From positions 64,001-128,000 of the forward strand of contig CAVTQK010000015.1 in NCBI GenBank assembly GCA_963736855.1: 64,000 nucleotides of DNA, given 5' to 3'. The translations under genes and the position numbers were made by a program. The first letter of the stretch is position 1. Each line of letters opens with the position of its first letter. Source of the stretch: an uncultured delta proteobacterium (GTDB lineage Bacteria; Desulfobacterota; Desulfobacteria; Desulfobacterales; UBA2156). The notes below the pieces were generated by a model. That model saw nothing but the letters and a program-made list of their open reading frames with translations, had not been told where the DNA came from and did not search any database. This document shows positions 18,925 through 29,279 of the stretch, in pieces.

Positions 18925-21195
18925 ATGAAGAAGAACGGAATTCAAAAGAGCATGGTAACAAGGCTTATCGTTTCTGTAGGCATCATTGTGTTTCTGAGTA
19001 TTGCCGTTTGGGCATTTTTCAACATCAGCTATCAAAAGCGAAAGGTGATGCGAGATCTCAGGGATCAGACCCAGAGGCTCAGCACGGCAATTCGCATGGG
19101 CGCTCACTATGCCATGATGGTCAACTCTCGGGATGACATCAACCAGATTATCCGCAACATCGCAACGCTTCCCGAAATAGAATCCGTTCGAATATACAAT
19201 AAGGAAGGAAGAATAAAATATTCCAACGTTCCTCATGAAGCTGAACGGGTGACCAATATCCGATCTGAACCGTGTGTCATTTGCCATCGAAATGAACCCC
19301 CGGAACCTCAGCTTCCCATAGTCGATAGGACACGGATCTTCGTGTCGCCGGAAGGAAAGCGTGTCTTGGGGCTCATCAGTCCAATTTTAAATGAAACCGG
19401 TTGTTCATCGGGAGATTGCCATGCACATCCTGAGGGGAAGAAAATTCTGGGAGCTCTGGATGTGGTGGTATCAATGGAGAGCGCAGATGCAGAGATATTT
19501 TTAATTGAAAAGGGAATCATCGGTCTTGCCGTCATTCTGTTCATGTTTACTTCTACGTTCATTTTCTTTTTTGTGGTCCGTTTTGTGAAGCGCCCCATTG
19601 CCAATCTTATCAGCGTCACTCGGCGGATATCCAGAGGAGATTATTCCGGAAAGTTGTTGATCGATCAGCAAGACGAGATGGGGGAACTGGCACAGGCCAT
19701 GAACCGCATGATGGAAGAGATCGGAAGAAAACAGGCCGAGCTCGATGAGCAGGGAAAACGGTTTCAAGGTCTTTTTGAAGGGGTTCCCTGCATCATTACG
19801 GTTCAGGATCGCAATTATCGTTTGGTCGGATATAATAAAGAGTTTTCAGATCGATTCGATCCCAAGCCCGGGGATTTTTGCTTTCGTGCTTATAAGGGGA
19901 GAGACTGCAAGTGCATCATCTGCCCCGTGGAAAAGACCTTCGAAGACGGTCAGTCCCATACCAGTGAAGAGGTCGGACTCAACAAGGATGGTACCAAGAC
20001 CTACTGGGTTGTCCGTACCGCTCCGATCCGAAACGAAAAAGGAGAGGTCGTGGCGGCCATGGAGATGAACTTGGACATCACCGAACAAAAAATACTCGAA
20101 GAGAAGTTGGCCGCATCTGAGAGAAAGTATTATGCCGTATTCGAGAATATCCCCAATCCTGTTTTCGTCGTGGATCTGGACACACTGACCATCCTGAACT
20201 GCAATGAAAGCGTCACAGGTGTTTACGGATACCCGAAAGCGGATCTGATCGGCAAGCCCTTTACGGACCTTTTTATTGAGCAGGAGCGCAGCGGATATAC
20301 CTCCCAGATCCGATCCGTCAGACCCATCACCCAAGCCAGGAATGTGGGGAAGGAGGGGAAATCGCTTTTTGTCAACTTCAGGATTGCGCTTTCGGAGTAT
20401 GATGGTCGTCAGGTGTTTTTAATAACTGCCAGCGACATTACCAAACGACTCGAAACCGAGCAACAGCTCATCCATGCGAGCAAAATGGCTACTTTGGGTG
20501 AAATGGCCACAGGCGTGGCTCATGAACTGAATCAGCCCCTTGCCGTCATCAAGACCGCCAGCGGCTTTTTTATGAAAAAAATCAAAAAAAATGAGCCGAT
20601 TGAAAAAGAAGTTCTCCTGACCATGTCCGAAGAGATAGATCGGCATGTGGATCGGGCTACCAAGATTATCAACCATATGCGGGAATTCGGGCGAAAATCT
20701 GAAGATAACTTGGTTCCCTTCAACGTCAACGAAACCCTGAAAAGAGCTTTCGAGATTTTTAGTCAGCAGTTGAAAGTGCGAGGGATCGAAGTGACATGGG
20801 AAATTCAGGAAGATATTCCCCTGATTAAAGGGGATCCTGATCGCATGGAGCAGGTCTTCATCAATCTGCTGATCAATGCCAGAGATGCCATTGAGGAAAA
20901 GTGGAACGCTAGAAAATACAGTCCCGGGGACAAAAGAATCATCTTAAGGACCATGTCGGACGGAAAGCAGATATCGGTGGAGATCGAGGATACAGGTCCG
21001 GGGGTTCCGGAAGCTATTTCCGAAAAAATATTCGAGCCGTTTTTCACAACAAAAGAAGTCGGAAAAGGAACTGGGCTAGGACTCTCCATAAGTTATGGAA
21101 TCGTCAAAGACTGCGGCGGTAAGATTCGCGTGGTCTCTGAACAGGGAAAAGGCGCAAGGTTCATCATTGAATGTCCGGTAGCGGAGAAAATATGA
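18925..21195 (+). CDS. Membrane sensor histidine kinase (periplasmic CxxCH domain, HAMP, 2 PAS)
   Basis: Two TM segments, DEMGELA (HAMP), GVAHELNQP, FFTTKEVGKGTGLGL. Start uncertain (18895 or 18925). Confidence 0.93.
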   Translation: MKKNGIQKSMVTRLIVSVGIIVFLSIAVWAFFNISYQKRKVMRDLRDQTQRLSTAIRMGAHYAMMVNSRDDINQIIRNIATLPEIESVRIYNKEGRIKYSNVPHEAERVTNIRSEPCVICHRNEPPEPQLPIVDRTRIFVSPEGKRVLGLISPILNETGCSSGDCHAHPEGKKILGALDVVVSMESADAEIFLIEKGIIGLAVILFMFTSTFIFFFVVRFVKRPIANLISVTRRISRGDYSGKLLIDQQDEMGELAQAMNRMMEEIGRKQAELDEQGKRFQGLFEGVPCIITVQDRNYRLVGYNKEFSDRFDPKPGDFCFRAYKGRDCKCIICPVEKTFEDGQSHTSEEVGLNKDGTKTYWVVRTAPIRNEKGEVVAAMEMNLDITEQKILEEKLAASERKYYAVFENIPNPVFVVDLDTLTILNCNESVTGVYGYPKADLIGKPFTDLFIEQERSGYTSQIRSVRPITQARNVGKEGKSLFVNFRIALSEYDGRQVFLITASDITKRLETEQQLIHASKMATLGEMATGVAHELNQPLAVIKTASGFFMKKIKKNEPIEKEVLLTMSEEIDRHVDRATKIINHMREFGRKSEDNLVPFNVNETLKRAFEIFSQQLKVRGIEVTWEIQEDIPLIKGDPDRMEQVFINLLINARDAIEEKWNARKYSPGDKRIILRTMSDGKQISVEIEDTGPGVPEAISEKIFEPFFTTKEVGKGTGLGLSISYGIVKDCGGKIRVVSEQGKGARFIIECPVAEKI

Positions 21196-22346
21196 CGCAA
21201 GGTATAAAAAGTTCGCCGGTTCTACTAGTTGACGATGAGGAGGGAATCCGTAAGGTTTTAGGGATCAGTCTGAGGGACATGGGATATGTGGTGGACACGG
21301 CGGAAAATGGCCTCGAAGCTTTGTCTCTTTTCGAAAAGGAAAAACATGCCATCGTCCTGACGGACATTAAGATGCCGCATTTGGACGGCATCGAACTATT
21401 AAGGCGGATCAAGGAGATCCATCCCGATACCGAGGTGATAATGATTACCGGTCACGGCGACATCGATCTTGCAATTATGAGCCTAAAGAACGAAGCCACC
21501 GACTTCATCACCAAACCTATTAATGATGAAGTCCTGGAGATAGCGCTCAAACGAGCCAGCGAACGGATTTCCATGAAGAGACAACTCCGGGAATACACGG
21601 AAAACCTCGAGTCTCTGGTGGAAGAAAAGACCAAAAGGCTCATGGAAGCCGAACGTCTGGTCGTCGTCGGCCAAACCGTGGCGGATCTTTCCCATGCCAT
21701 AAAGAATATTGCGGGAGGATTGAGCGGAGGCATTTTTGTTCTTGGAAAAGGGATTGAACTGGAGGATAAAACTTATATACGGCAGGGATGGGAAATGATC
21801 CGTGGGAATGTGGATAAGATCAAGAACCTCTCCTTGGATCTTCTCGGCTTTGCCAAAACCGCCGGAGTTCAATTTCGCTTGGCCGACCCTAATGATCCCG
21901 CCAGAGAGGTTGTGGAACTTATAAGGCCAAAAGCAGAAGAGGTCGGCATTGCCGTAGAACTCGACCTATCTTCCAGATTGAAACCGATTTACATGGATCC
22001 GGACGGAATCCATCGGTGTCTTCTGAACTTGCTTACCAATGCGGTCGATGCCTGTATGGCATTTGACAGGAAAGAAGAGATTAAGAAAATCCGTGTGACA
22101 ACCGAACCGCAATCAGGCTTGGGAGTGGTTTATCGAGTTGAAGACAACGGTATTGGAATGGAAAGTTCCATCAAAGAGAAACTCTTCCAACGTTTTTTTA
22201 CCACTAAGGGGATGGAGGGCACCGGCATCGGTTTGATGATATGCAAAAAGATCGTCGATGATCATGGAGGAAATATCGAGTTTGAATCGCTGAAACATGT
22301 CGGATCCACCTTTACCGTTAGGCTTCCAGAAAGAAACAGCCCCTGA
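21192..22346 (+). CDS. Hybrid response regulator-histidine kinase (REC-HisKA-HATPase)
   Basis: LLVDDE, TDIKMP, LSHAIKN, FFTTKG. ATGA overlap with the upstream kinase. Confidence 0.92.
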   Translation: MTQGIKSSPVLLVDDEEGIRKVLGISLRDMGYVVDTAENGLEALSLFEKEKHAIVLTDIKMPHLDGIELLRRIKEIHPDTEVIMITGHGDIDLAIMSLKNEATDFITKPINDEVLEIALKRASERISMKRQLREYTENLESLVEEKTKRLMEAERLVVVGQTVADLSHAIKNIAGGLSGGIFVLGKGIELEDKTYIRQGWEMIRGNVDKIKNLSLDLLGFAKTAGVQFRLADPNDPAREVVELIRPKAEEVGIAVELDLSSRLKPIYMDPDGIHRCLLNLLTNAVDACMAFDRKEEIKKIRVTTEPQSGLGVVYRVEDNGIGMESSIKEKLFQRFFTTKGMEGTGIGLMICKKIVDDHGGNIEFESLKHVGSTFTVRLPERNSP

Positions 22347-22549
22347 TTCCCAACGTCCGAATTCAAAAATAGATCCCGAAGTCCGTGTCCGGTTCCCAGT
22401 TTACTATATCCTTGAATTCCTTTTCAAAGGCCTTTCCCATTTCTGGCCGACCAACCCCACCAAAGTCCAATTTCGATCATAACTTATTAAAAATATTAAC
22501 ATAATAAATACGTTTAAAAAATGTGAAAAAAGTATTGACAAAGGAATTC

Positions 22550-22599
22550 TTTCTTGACAATAAAGATCAACAATTTTCTTGAGTATTATAATCAAGAAA
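22550..22599. promoter_or_regulatory. Two abutting 25-bp palindromes, candidate Rrf2 operators
   Basis: TTTCTTGA-N9-TCAACAAT (22550-22574) and TTTCTTGA-N9-TCAAGAAA (22575-22599) lie directly before the Rrf2 start. Confidence 0.65.
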
Positions 22600-22607
22600 G
22601 GTTCGAT

Positions 22608-23054
22608 GTGATTAAAGCACAAAAAAAATGCCAATACGCACTAAGAGCGGTTTTCGAATTGGCCCGACACAAAGGAAAGGGGCCCGTTAAAATCTCTCAA
22701 ATCGCCCGGTCCCAGGCCATACCGGTTCGCTTTTTGGAAGTAATCCTGGGACAACTGAAAAATAGCGGCATGGTCGAAGCGAAACGGGGTTATTTCGGAG
22801 GATATCAACTCATTCGCGATCCGGCGGAAATTTCTGTGGGAGAAATTTTCCGGCACATGAGACGGCAAGCCGTTCCGGACCGCTGTATCGTCTGTATTTC
22901 TGGGGCCAATTGCCCGTTTCATGGAAACTGCGCCTTTGCGTCCATGTGGAACCGGGTCAACGAAGCCGTAAAAAAGATTTACAACGAGATCACTATCGAG
23001 GACCTCCTCGAGGAGGAAAAGCAGAATGTGCTTTATCACGATATGGTTACATAG
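22608..23054 (+). CDS. Rrf2 family transcriptional regulator
   Basis: YALRAVFELA, FLEVIL..L, KRGYFGGYQL, Cys cluster CIVC-x5-C-x5-C. Likely start GTG 22608. Confidence 0.9.
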   Translation: MIKAQKKCQYALRAVFELARHKGKGPVKISQIARSQAIPVRFLEVILGQLKNSGMVEAKRGYFGGYQLIRDPAEISVGEIFRHMRRQAVPDRCIVCISGANCPFHGNCAFASMWNRVNEAVKKIYNEITIEDLLEEEKQNVLYHDMVT

Positions 23055-23093
23055 ACAGTTGTCAATCACTGCGCCAAGGATAAGGATTTACGT

Positions 23094-24698
23094 ATGAAAC
23101 GGGGGAGACTTTGGAGAAGATGGGTACCTGTCATGTTTGTGGCAGTCGCCTTTTCGTCATGGGGTTTTGTAGCCTATGGACTTCAGGTGCTTGCCAAAAC
23201 ATCCGAAATCCGGAGACCGGATGTCGTCGCCATTGACGGCTTGAAACAATTCGGTGCCATTGAAAGGCCTGCGGTTCTCTTTCTTCATGACAAACATACC
23301 GAATTCATGGAGAAGAAAAAGAAAGACTGCAGCGTTTGCCACATGACCGAACAGGAGAAGCTTTCTCCCAAATTCAAACGCATCAAAGACACGACTCGAG
23401 AAGAGATAATGGATATTTATCACGTGCAGTGCATCGCATGCCATAAGGAAAGCCGAGCAGAAGTCGAAAGTCCGGGTCCGGTTGCTTGTGGGCAGTGTCA
23501 TATTGATAAATCCGCCACCATATCCTCCCGGGAGCCTATGGATATGGATAAGTGGCTTCATACCCGACATTCCACAGCATTAGAGAAAAAGTGCGAGTTG
23601 TGCCATCACGAATACGACTCCAAGGCTAAAAAACTTTACTATGCCAAGGAGCAGGAAGGATCCTGCCGTTACTGTCATAAGTCTGTTACAGAGGAAAACC
23701 GGATCTCCATGCGTCTGGTTTCCCATGCCTCATGCATCGATTGCCATCGCAAACGGATCGCATCCTCTTTGAACGCCGGGCCTGCCAGATGCGCCGGATG
23801 CCATGATCTTGCGGCTCAAAAGGCTTTCGAGAAGGTGGAGCCGCTTCCCCGTATGGAGAGAAAGCAACCGGATGTGCTTTTTGTCAAAAAGAGTCAGGTC
23901 CGTGAAGTCTCAGAGACAGTAGATATTCGGATGAACCCGGTTCCTTTTGACCATAAGGCCCACGAGGGATATAACACAACGTGCCGAGTCTGCCATCATG
24001 CCGACCTCAAATCCTGCAGTACGTGCCACTCCATGGAGGGTACAAAGGAGGGAAAGGGAATCAAGCTGGCCCAGGCCATGCATCAGATGGATAAGAATCA
24101 AAGCTGTATGGGATGCCATGAAACCCGGAAAACCGACAAGAATTGCTCCGGATGTCATGCGCACCTCTCAAAGACCCGCGAGCCTGATAAAGGAACGTGC
24201 ACCCTTTGCCACATGTCGCCTCGGCAGCCTTTGAAGAATCCTTACACCGAAGCGGCGGGGGGGGAAATGGCTCGGAAGATGCTCGAAGAGCGCCCAACCA
24301 TGATAGATACTTTTGATATTGCCGATATACCTGAAAAAGTTGTTATCAAGATCCTTTCCAAACAATATGAGCCTGTGGAGCTGCCCCACCGGAGGATCGT
24401 TGCGACTCTGGTCAAGAATATCAAGGAAAAGCCTTTGGCCCAGTATTTTCACAGAGAGAAGGGGACGATCTGTCAAGGGTGTCATCATAACAGCCCCGCA
24501 GCCGTCAAACCGCCAAACTGCGGAAGTTGCCATGGCAACCTGTTCCAAGAAAACAATCTCCATAAACCGGGATTAATGGCGGCATATCACCAGCAATGCA
24601 TGGGGTGTCATCAAAAGATGGGAATTGAAAAGCCGGCGACAACGGATTGCACGGCTTGCCACATCGAAAAGAAACGATGGTTAACTTCGGGAAGCTAA
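23094..24698 (+). CDS. hmcA: High-molecular-weight 16-heme cytochrome c
   Basis: Signal/anchor sequence plus 16 counted CxxCH motifs; first structural gene of the hmc-type order. Confidence 0.93.
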   Translation: MKRGRLWRRWVPVMFVAVAFSSWGFVAYGLQVLAKTSEIRRPDVVAIDGLKQFGAIERPAVLFLHDKHTEFMEKKKKDCSVCHMTEQEKLSPKFKRIKDTTREEIMDIYHVQCIACHKESRAEVESPGPVACGQCHIDKSATISSREPMDMDKWLHTRHSTALEKKCELCHHEYDSKAKKLYYAKEQEGSCRYCHKSVTEENRISMRLVSHASCIDCHRKRIASSLNAGPARCAGCHDLAAQKAFEKVEPLPRMERKQPDVLFVKKSQVREVSETVDIRMNPVPFDHKAHEGYNTTCRVCHHADLKSCSTCHSMEGTKEGKGIKLAQAMHQMDKNQSCMGCHETRKTDKNCSGCHAHLSKTREPDKGTCTLCHMSPRQPLKNPYTEAAGGEMARKMLEERPTMIDTFDIADIPEKVVIKILSKQYEPVELPHRRIVATLVKNIKEKPLAQYFHREKGTICQGCHHNSPAAVKPPNCGSCHGNLFQENNLHKPGLMAAYHQQCMGCHQKMGIEKPATTDCTACHIEKKRWLTSGS

Positions 24699-24716
24699 AG
24701 TTTCAAGGAGTCTCAG

Positions 24717-25799
24717 ATGGGGATAACGCGCAGGAAATTTTTAGTATGGATGGGATCCGCCGGAGCGGCGGCAACCGTCGGCAACGGGGCCCATGCAGCT
24801 GCCACCAAGGAATTCAAGGGGCATCCGAATGCCTCCGGCGTCCTGTTTGATACGACGCTATGCATCGGCTGTCGAAAGTGCGAGGAAGCGTGCAACCGTG
24901 TCAATGATCTACCCCCCCCTTCCCAGCCGTTCAGCGACTTGGCGGTTTTAGACAAACCGCGAAGGACCACGGCAAAGACTTATACGGTGGTCAACCGCTA
25001 TGCGGACACCGGTTCCGGATCGGGACCGGTATTCAGGAAAATCCAGTGCAATCACTGCCTCGAACCGGCATGCGCGTCGGCGTGTTTCGTGCGGGCGTTT
25101 ACTAAAACAGCAACGGGAGCCGTCACCTATGATGCTTCAGTCTGTGTGGGCTGTCGGTATTGCATGATTGCCTGCCCTTTTGAAATCCCGACCTACGAGT
25201 ACAATGAAGCGTTCACGCCGCGGATTATGAAATGCACCCTGTGTCATCCCCGGCTGGTTAAGGGTCTGCTGCCGGGGTGTGTGGAAGCGTGTCCGAAAGA
25301 AAGCCTCACATTCGGTAAACGCGATGATTTGCTGAAAATCGCCCGGGAACGTATCCGGAAATATCCGGGCCGATATGTGGATCATATCTACGGAGAGCGG
25401 GAAATGGGGGGAACCAGCTGGCTTTATCTCTCCTCGGTCCCGTTCTCTGACATCGGGATGCGGGAGGACTTGGGGACCGCTCCGGCACCAGAACTGACCG
25501 CCGGCGCACTGGGGGCCGTACCCATGGTCGTCGGACTTTGGCCGGTCCTGTTAACGGGCGTCTATGCCATTTCCAAACGCAAGGAAAAGATCGCATCTCA
25601 GGAAAAAAACCAGGCGGTTGTCGAAGCCCTGGAAAAGGCTCGGCTGGAAGCCGAGGCAAAACTGAACGCCTTCCGGGAAAAGTCTGAGAAGGAAAAAGCC
25701 CAGGCCCTTGAAAAGGCGGTTGCGAAAGCCTTGGAAGAAGCTAAGAAAGAAATGGTCGAAATAAAAATTGAAAAAAACGGAGCCGAGGAGGAATCCTGA
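24717..25799 (+). CDS. hmcB: Hmc complex iron-sulfur subunit
   Basis: Tat motif TRRKFL, four Fe-S motifs, C-terminal TM and Ala/Glu/Lys-rich tail. Confidence 0.9.
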   Translation: MGITRRKFLVWMGSAGAAATVGNGAHAAATKEFKGHPNASGVLFDTTLCIGCRKCEEACNRVNDLPPPSQPFSDLAVLDKPRRTTAKTYTVVNRYADTGSGSGPVFRKIQCNHCLEPACASACFVRAFTKTATGAVTYDASVCVGCRYCMIACPFEIPTYEYNEAFTPRIMKCTLCHPRLVKGLLPGCVEACPKESLTFGKRDDLLKIARERIRKYPGRYVDHIYGEREMGGTSWLYLSSVPFSDIGMREDLGTAPAPELTAGALGAVPMVVGLWPVLLTGVYAISKRKEKIASQEKNQAVVEALEKARLEAEAKLNAFREKSEKEKAQALEKAVAKALEEAKKEMVEIKIEKNGAEEES

Positions 25800-26971
25800 T
25801 GTCCGAACAAACCGCCGTCGTAAAAAAATCAATTTTCAGCCCATTCAATATCATTGCGGGGATTATCGTGGTCATCGGTCTGGGAATCACCGCGCAACGG
25901 TTCACCAGCGGCTTGGCCTCGGTGTCGAATCTCTCGAACTATAATCCCTGGGGCATATGGATCGGGTTTGATCTACTCGTGGGTGTCGCCTTGGCTGCAG
26001 GCGGCTTCGTTACCTCCGCCGCAGTCTATATCTTCGGATTTAAAAAGTACCACAGTGCCGTACGTCCGGCCATCCTAACCGGATTTCTCGGCTATACCCT
26101 GGTGGTGCTGGCTCTCCATTATGACGTGGGCCGGCCTTGGCGCCTGCCATATCCATTTATTATTCAGCAAGGAACTACCTCTCTTTTGTTCGAGGTGGCA
26201 GCCTGTGTAGCCCTTTATCTGACGGTGCTCTTCATCGAGTTTTCACCTGCTGCCCTGGAGTGGCTGGGCCTCAAACAGGCCAGGAACCTGGTTGTCAAAC
26301 TCACCATGGTATTGACCATCTTCGGAGTCGTCCTTTCCACGCTCCATCAATCCTCTTTGGGGGCTCTTTTCTTGATTACACCGTCCAAGCTGCATCCGCT
26401 GTGGTATTCATCCTATCTTCCCATCTACTTTTTTGTTACGGCAGTTATCGCGGGGTTGTCCATGGTCATTTTTGAAAGCACCTTGTCCCACCGTTACTTT
26501 CACGACGAGATGGATGCCACCCACCTTGCGGAAAGCGCCTCCGTGACCCTGGGTTTTGGAAAAGCGGCTTCCCTGGTGCTGGTGGGATACTTTTTCATCA
26601 AGGTTATCGGAATCGCCGCTGGGAATCACTGGCGCCTACTGGGCACCGGTTACGGAATCTGGTACCTCGTGGAACTTCTCGGATTCGTGGCGCTTCCGGC
26701 GTTTCTTTACGCCATCGGCGTCCGGGAGAAAAACCTGAAGGTGATCCGGTGGACGGCGGCGCTCACCGTGCTTGGCATCGTGGTCAACCGGTTCAATATC
26801 TGCTTGGTTGCGTTCAACTATCATCTCCCTTCATCGGAACGTTATTTTCCCCACTGGAAGGAGATCGGCATATCGCTCTTCATCGTCACCCTGGGGTTGA
26901 TCGCGTATCGGTTCATTATTACGCGGATGCCCGTATTGTATGAACACCCGGAGTACCGGGACACACATTAA
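25799..26971 (+). CDS. hmcC: Hmc complex NrfD/HybB-type membrane subunit
   Basis: PWGIWIGFD, DVGRPWR, STLHQSSLG; polytopic membrane protein. Confidence 0.9.
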   Translation: MSEQTAVVKKSIFSPFNIIAGIIVVIGLGITAQRFTSGLASVSNLSNYNPWGIWIGFDLLVGVALAAGGFVTSAAVYIFGFKKYHSAVRPAILTGFLGYTLVVLALHYDVGRPWRLPYPFIIQQGTTSLLFEVAACVALYLTVLFIEFSPAALEWLGLKQARNLVVKLTMVLTIFGVVLSTLHQSSLGALFLITPSKLHPLWYSSYLPIYFFVTAVIAGLSMVIFESTLSHRYFHDEMDATHLAESASVTLGFGKAASLVLVGYFFIKVIGIAAGNHWRLLGTGYGIWYLVELLGFVALPAFLYAIGVREKNLKVIRWTAALTVLGIVVNRFNICLVAFNYHLPSSERYFPHWKEIGISLFIVTLGLIAYRFIITRMPVLYEHPEYRDTH

Positions 26972-26986
26972 AGGAGCGGCAAATCC

Positions 26987-27133
26987 ATGGACGGTATCTT
27001 TCACACATTTCACGATTTTATGGTCCATACCAAGGCCATAACCTACCTGCTGATCGTCGTCGCTTTGGCGGGCATCACCTGGTGGTGGGGGTTCCTGACG
27101 GAAGGCGACCAGGACGAGCATCCTCATGAGTAA
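26987..27133 (+). CDS. hmcD: Hmc complex small membrane subunit (48 aa)
   Basis: Below the track cutoff. AAGGAG RBS; MDGIFHTFHDFMVHTKAITYLLIVVALAGITWWWGFLTEGDQDEHPHE; lies between hmcC and hmcE. Confidence 0.82.
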   Translation: MDGIFHTFHDFMVHTKAITYLLIVVALAGITWWWGFLTEGDQDEHPHE

Positions 27134-27151
27134 GTTGCAAGGAGACAACCG

Positions 27152-27829
27152 ATGTATCAGTTTGTAACCGGACCTTTGGCATGGCTGGCCTTCGGCATTT
27201 TCTTTGTCGGTTGCGTTGTAAGGATTGTATTGTATGTTAAAGGTCTCAACTGGCAGATGGATCGGGTAACCTACGGGGTCAACATATCGTATGGTGTCAG
27301 GGGAGCCCTGCGGTCGATTTTTTACTGGCTTTTACCCTTGGGGACTACAAGCTGGAGAAAGAACGCCGGATTCAATATCGTTGTTTTCATCTTCCATTTC
27401 GGGCTATTGTTCACCCCTTTGTTTTTATTGGCTCACAATATTCTGCTGAAGGAAAGATGGGGATTCGGTTTATGGTCCATGTCTGAAGCGGCGGCGGACG
27501 GGATGACCGTTTCGGTGATCGTCACTGGACTGATTTTGGTTTTCCGGCGCATCGCTTATCCGGAGGTTCGGATCATTACCAATGCACACGATCGCCTGAT
27601 CATGGCCATTTCCATAGCGCCGTTCGTAACCGGTATACTGGCCCATCATCAGATAGGAAACTACGATTTTTGGCTGATCCTCCATATATTGTGCGGTGAG
27701 ATCTTTTTAGCTGCCATACCGTTTACCAAATTATCCCACTTTGTCCTTTTCTTTGCATCAAGGGCTCAACTGGGTATGGATTACGGAATCAAACGGGGAG
27801 GCATGAAAGGAAAAGGGCTGGCGTGGTGA
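27152..27829 (+). CDS. hmcE: Hmc complex NarI-type cytochrome b subunit
   Basis: Five TM segments, conserved His residues, IPFTKLSH. Confidence 0.9.
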   Translation: MYQFVTGPLAWLAFGIFFVGCVVRIVLYVKGLNWQMDRVTYGVNISYGVRGALRSIFYWLLPLGTTSWRKNAGFNIVVFIFHFGLLFTPLFLLAHNILLKERWGFGLWSMSEAAADGMTVSVIVTGLILVFRRIAYPEVRIITNAHDRLIMAISIAPFVTGILAHHQIGNYDFWLILHILCGEIFLAAIPFTKLSHFVLFFASRAQLGMDYGIKRGGMKGKGLAW

Positions 27830-27874
27830 TAAACACGCGCTGTGACTCCAACCGAAGGGATTCGGGAGAAAAAA

Positions 27875-29263
27875 ATGCCTGAAGGAAAACTCTGCAATAA
27901 ACAACCGGTGACCACCAAAGAACAACTCGATGCACTTCTCGCAGATAAAGGTGGCAAGCAGTATTATGAAGAGATGAGCCATCTGGAGGTGGATAACAAG
28001 GCGCTTTGGGCTACCCTCCAGAAAACTTGCAAATCCCGGCTTAGAACTTGGCTGGAGATCTGTACACACTGTGGTTTGTGCGCGGAAAGTTGCTTTTATT
28101 ATCTAGCCAATGGCCGGGATCCCAAGCAGGTACCTTCCTACAAGATCCAGGCAACCTTGGGTGAAATGATTCGACGTAAGGGAGACGTGGACAATGCCTT
28201 CATGCAGATGACCATGGACACCGCCTATTGCAAATGCACCTGCTGCACGCGCTGCGGCGTTTACTGCCCTTTCGGAATCGATACAGGCATTATGTTCGGC
28301 TATGTACGCGGCCTCCTCTTCTCTCAGGGTTTCACCCCGTGGGAGATGAAAATCGGATCCGGAATGCACCGTATCTACCGGGCCCAGATGGATGTTACCA
28401 GCGAGGATTGGGTGGAGACCTGTTCATGGATGGCTGAGGAATATGCAGACGATTGGCCGGGTTTGGAGATTCCAGTCGATAAGGAAAATGCGGACATCAT
28501 GTATACCGTCAACGCAAGGGAACCGAAGCATTACCCGGAAGACATTGCCGAGGCCGCAATCCTGTTTCATATCGCCGGGGAAAATTGGACCGTCCCCAGC
28601 GAAGGGTGGGAAGAGACAAGCCTGGCCATGTTTGCCGGGGACTGGGCCGGCTGCAAGATGCAGGTGGAAAACGTCTATGCAGCCATGAGCCGGTTGAATC
28701 CGAAACGCATGGTGGTCACCGAGTGCGGTCATGCCTATCGGGCCACCGTCATTGAGGGGCCATATTGGGCTGGATTGAAGACTGGAAAAACCCCCGTCGA
28801 AAGCTACCACTATGTGGAATGGGTGGCCGAGGCGCTGAGGACCGGGAAGCTCAAGATCGATCCGGCCAAGAAAATCAAGGAGCCGGTAACCTACCAGGAT
28901 TCATGCAACTACATTCGGAATGCCGGCCTGAAAGATATCGCCCGGGAGATTATGAGTTATATTGCCGAGGATTTCAGGGAAATGAATCCGTGTAAAGAAC
29001 ACAATTTCTGCTGCGGCGGCGGAGGCGGATTGAACGGTATCGGACGATATCGGGAACAGCGGAATATCGGCATGAAAGTCAAACTGAATCAGATCGTTGC
29101 GACCGAGGCAAAACTGGTGGTCGCCCCCTGTCACAATTGCTGGGATGCCATCCGGGACATGGAGGAAATATACAAACCGGGCATCCGTTGGAGTTTTTTA
29201 AAGCCTCTTCTCATCAGCATGGTGGAGGTCCCGGAGCATCTGAAACCCTCGGAGGAGGAATGA
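27875..29263 (+). CDS. hmcF: Hmc complex HdrD-like Fe-S (CCG domain) subunit
   Basis: [38 protein letters not shown]. Likely start ATG 27875. Confidence 0.9.
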   Translation: MPEGKLCNKQPVTTKEQLDALLADKGGKQYYEEMSHLEVDNKALWATLQKTCKSRLRTWLEICTHCGLCAESCFYYLANGRDPKQVPSYKIQATLGEMIRRKGDVDNAFMQMTMDTAYCKCTCCTRCGVYCPFGIDTGIMFGYVRGLLFSQGFTPWEMKIGSGMHRIYRAQMDVTSEDWVETCSWMAEEYADDWPGLEIPVDKENADIMYTVNAREPKHYPEDIAEAAILFHIAGENWTVPSEGWEETSLAMFAGDWAGCKMQVENVYAAMSRLNPKRMVVTECGHAYRATVIEGPYWAGLKTGKTPVESYHYVEWVAEALRTGKLKIDPAKKIKEPVTYQDSCNYIRNAGLKDIAREIMSYIAEDFREMNPCKEHNFCCGGGGGLNGIGRYREQRNIGMKVKLNQIVATEAKLVVAPCHNCWDAIRDMEEIYKPGIRWSFLKPLLISMVEVPEHLKPSEEE

Positions 29264-29279
29264 CCGGATCGGGCTACCG

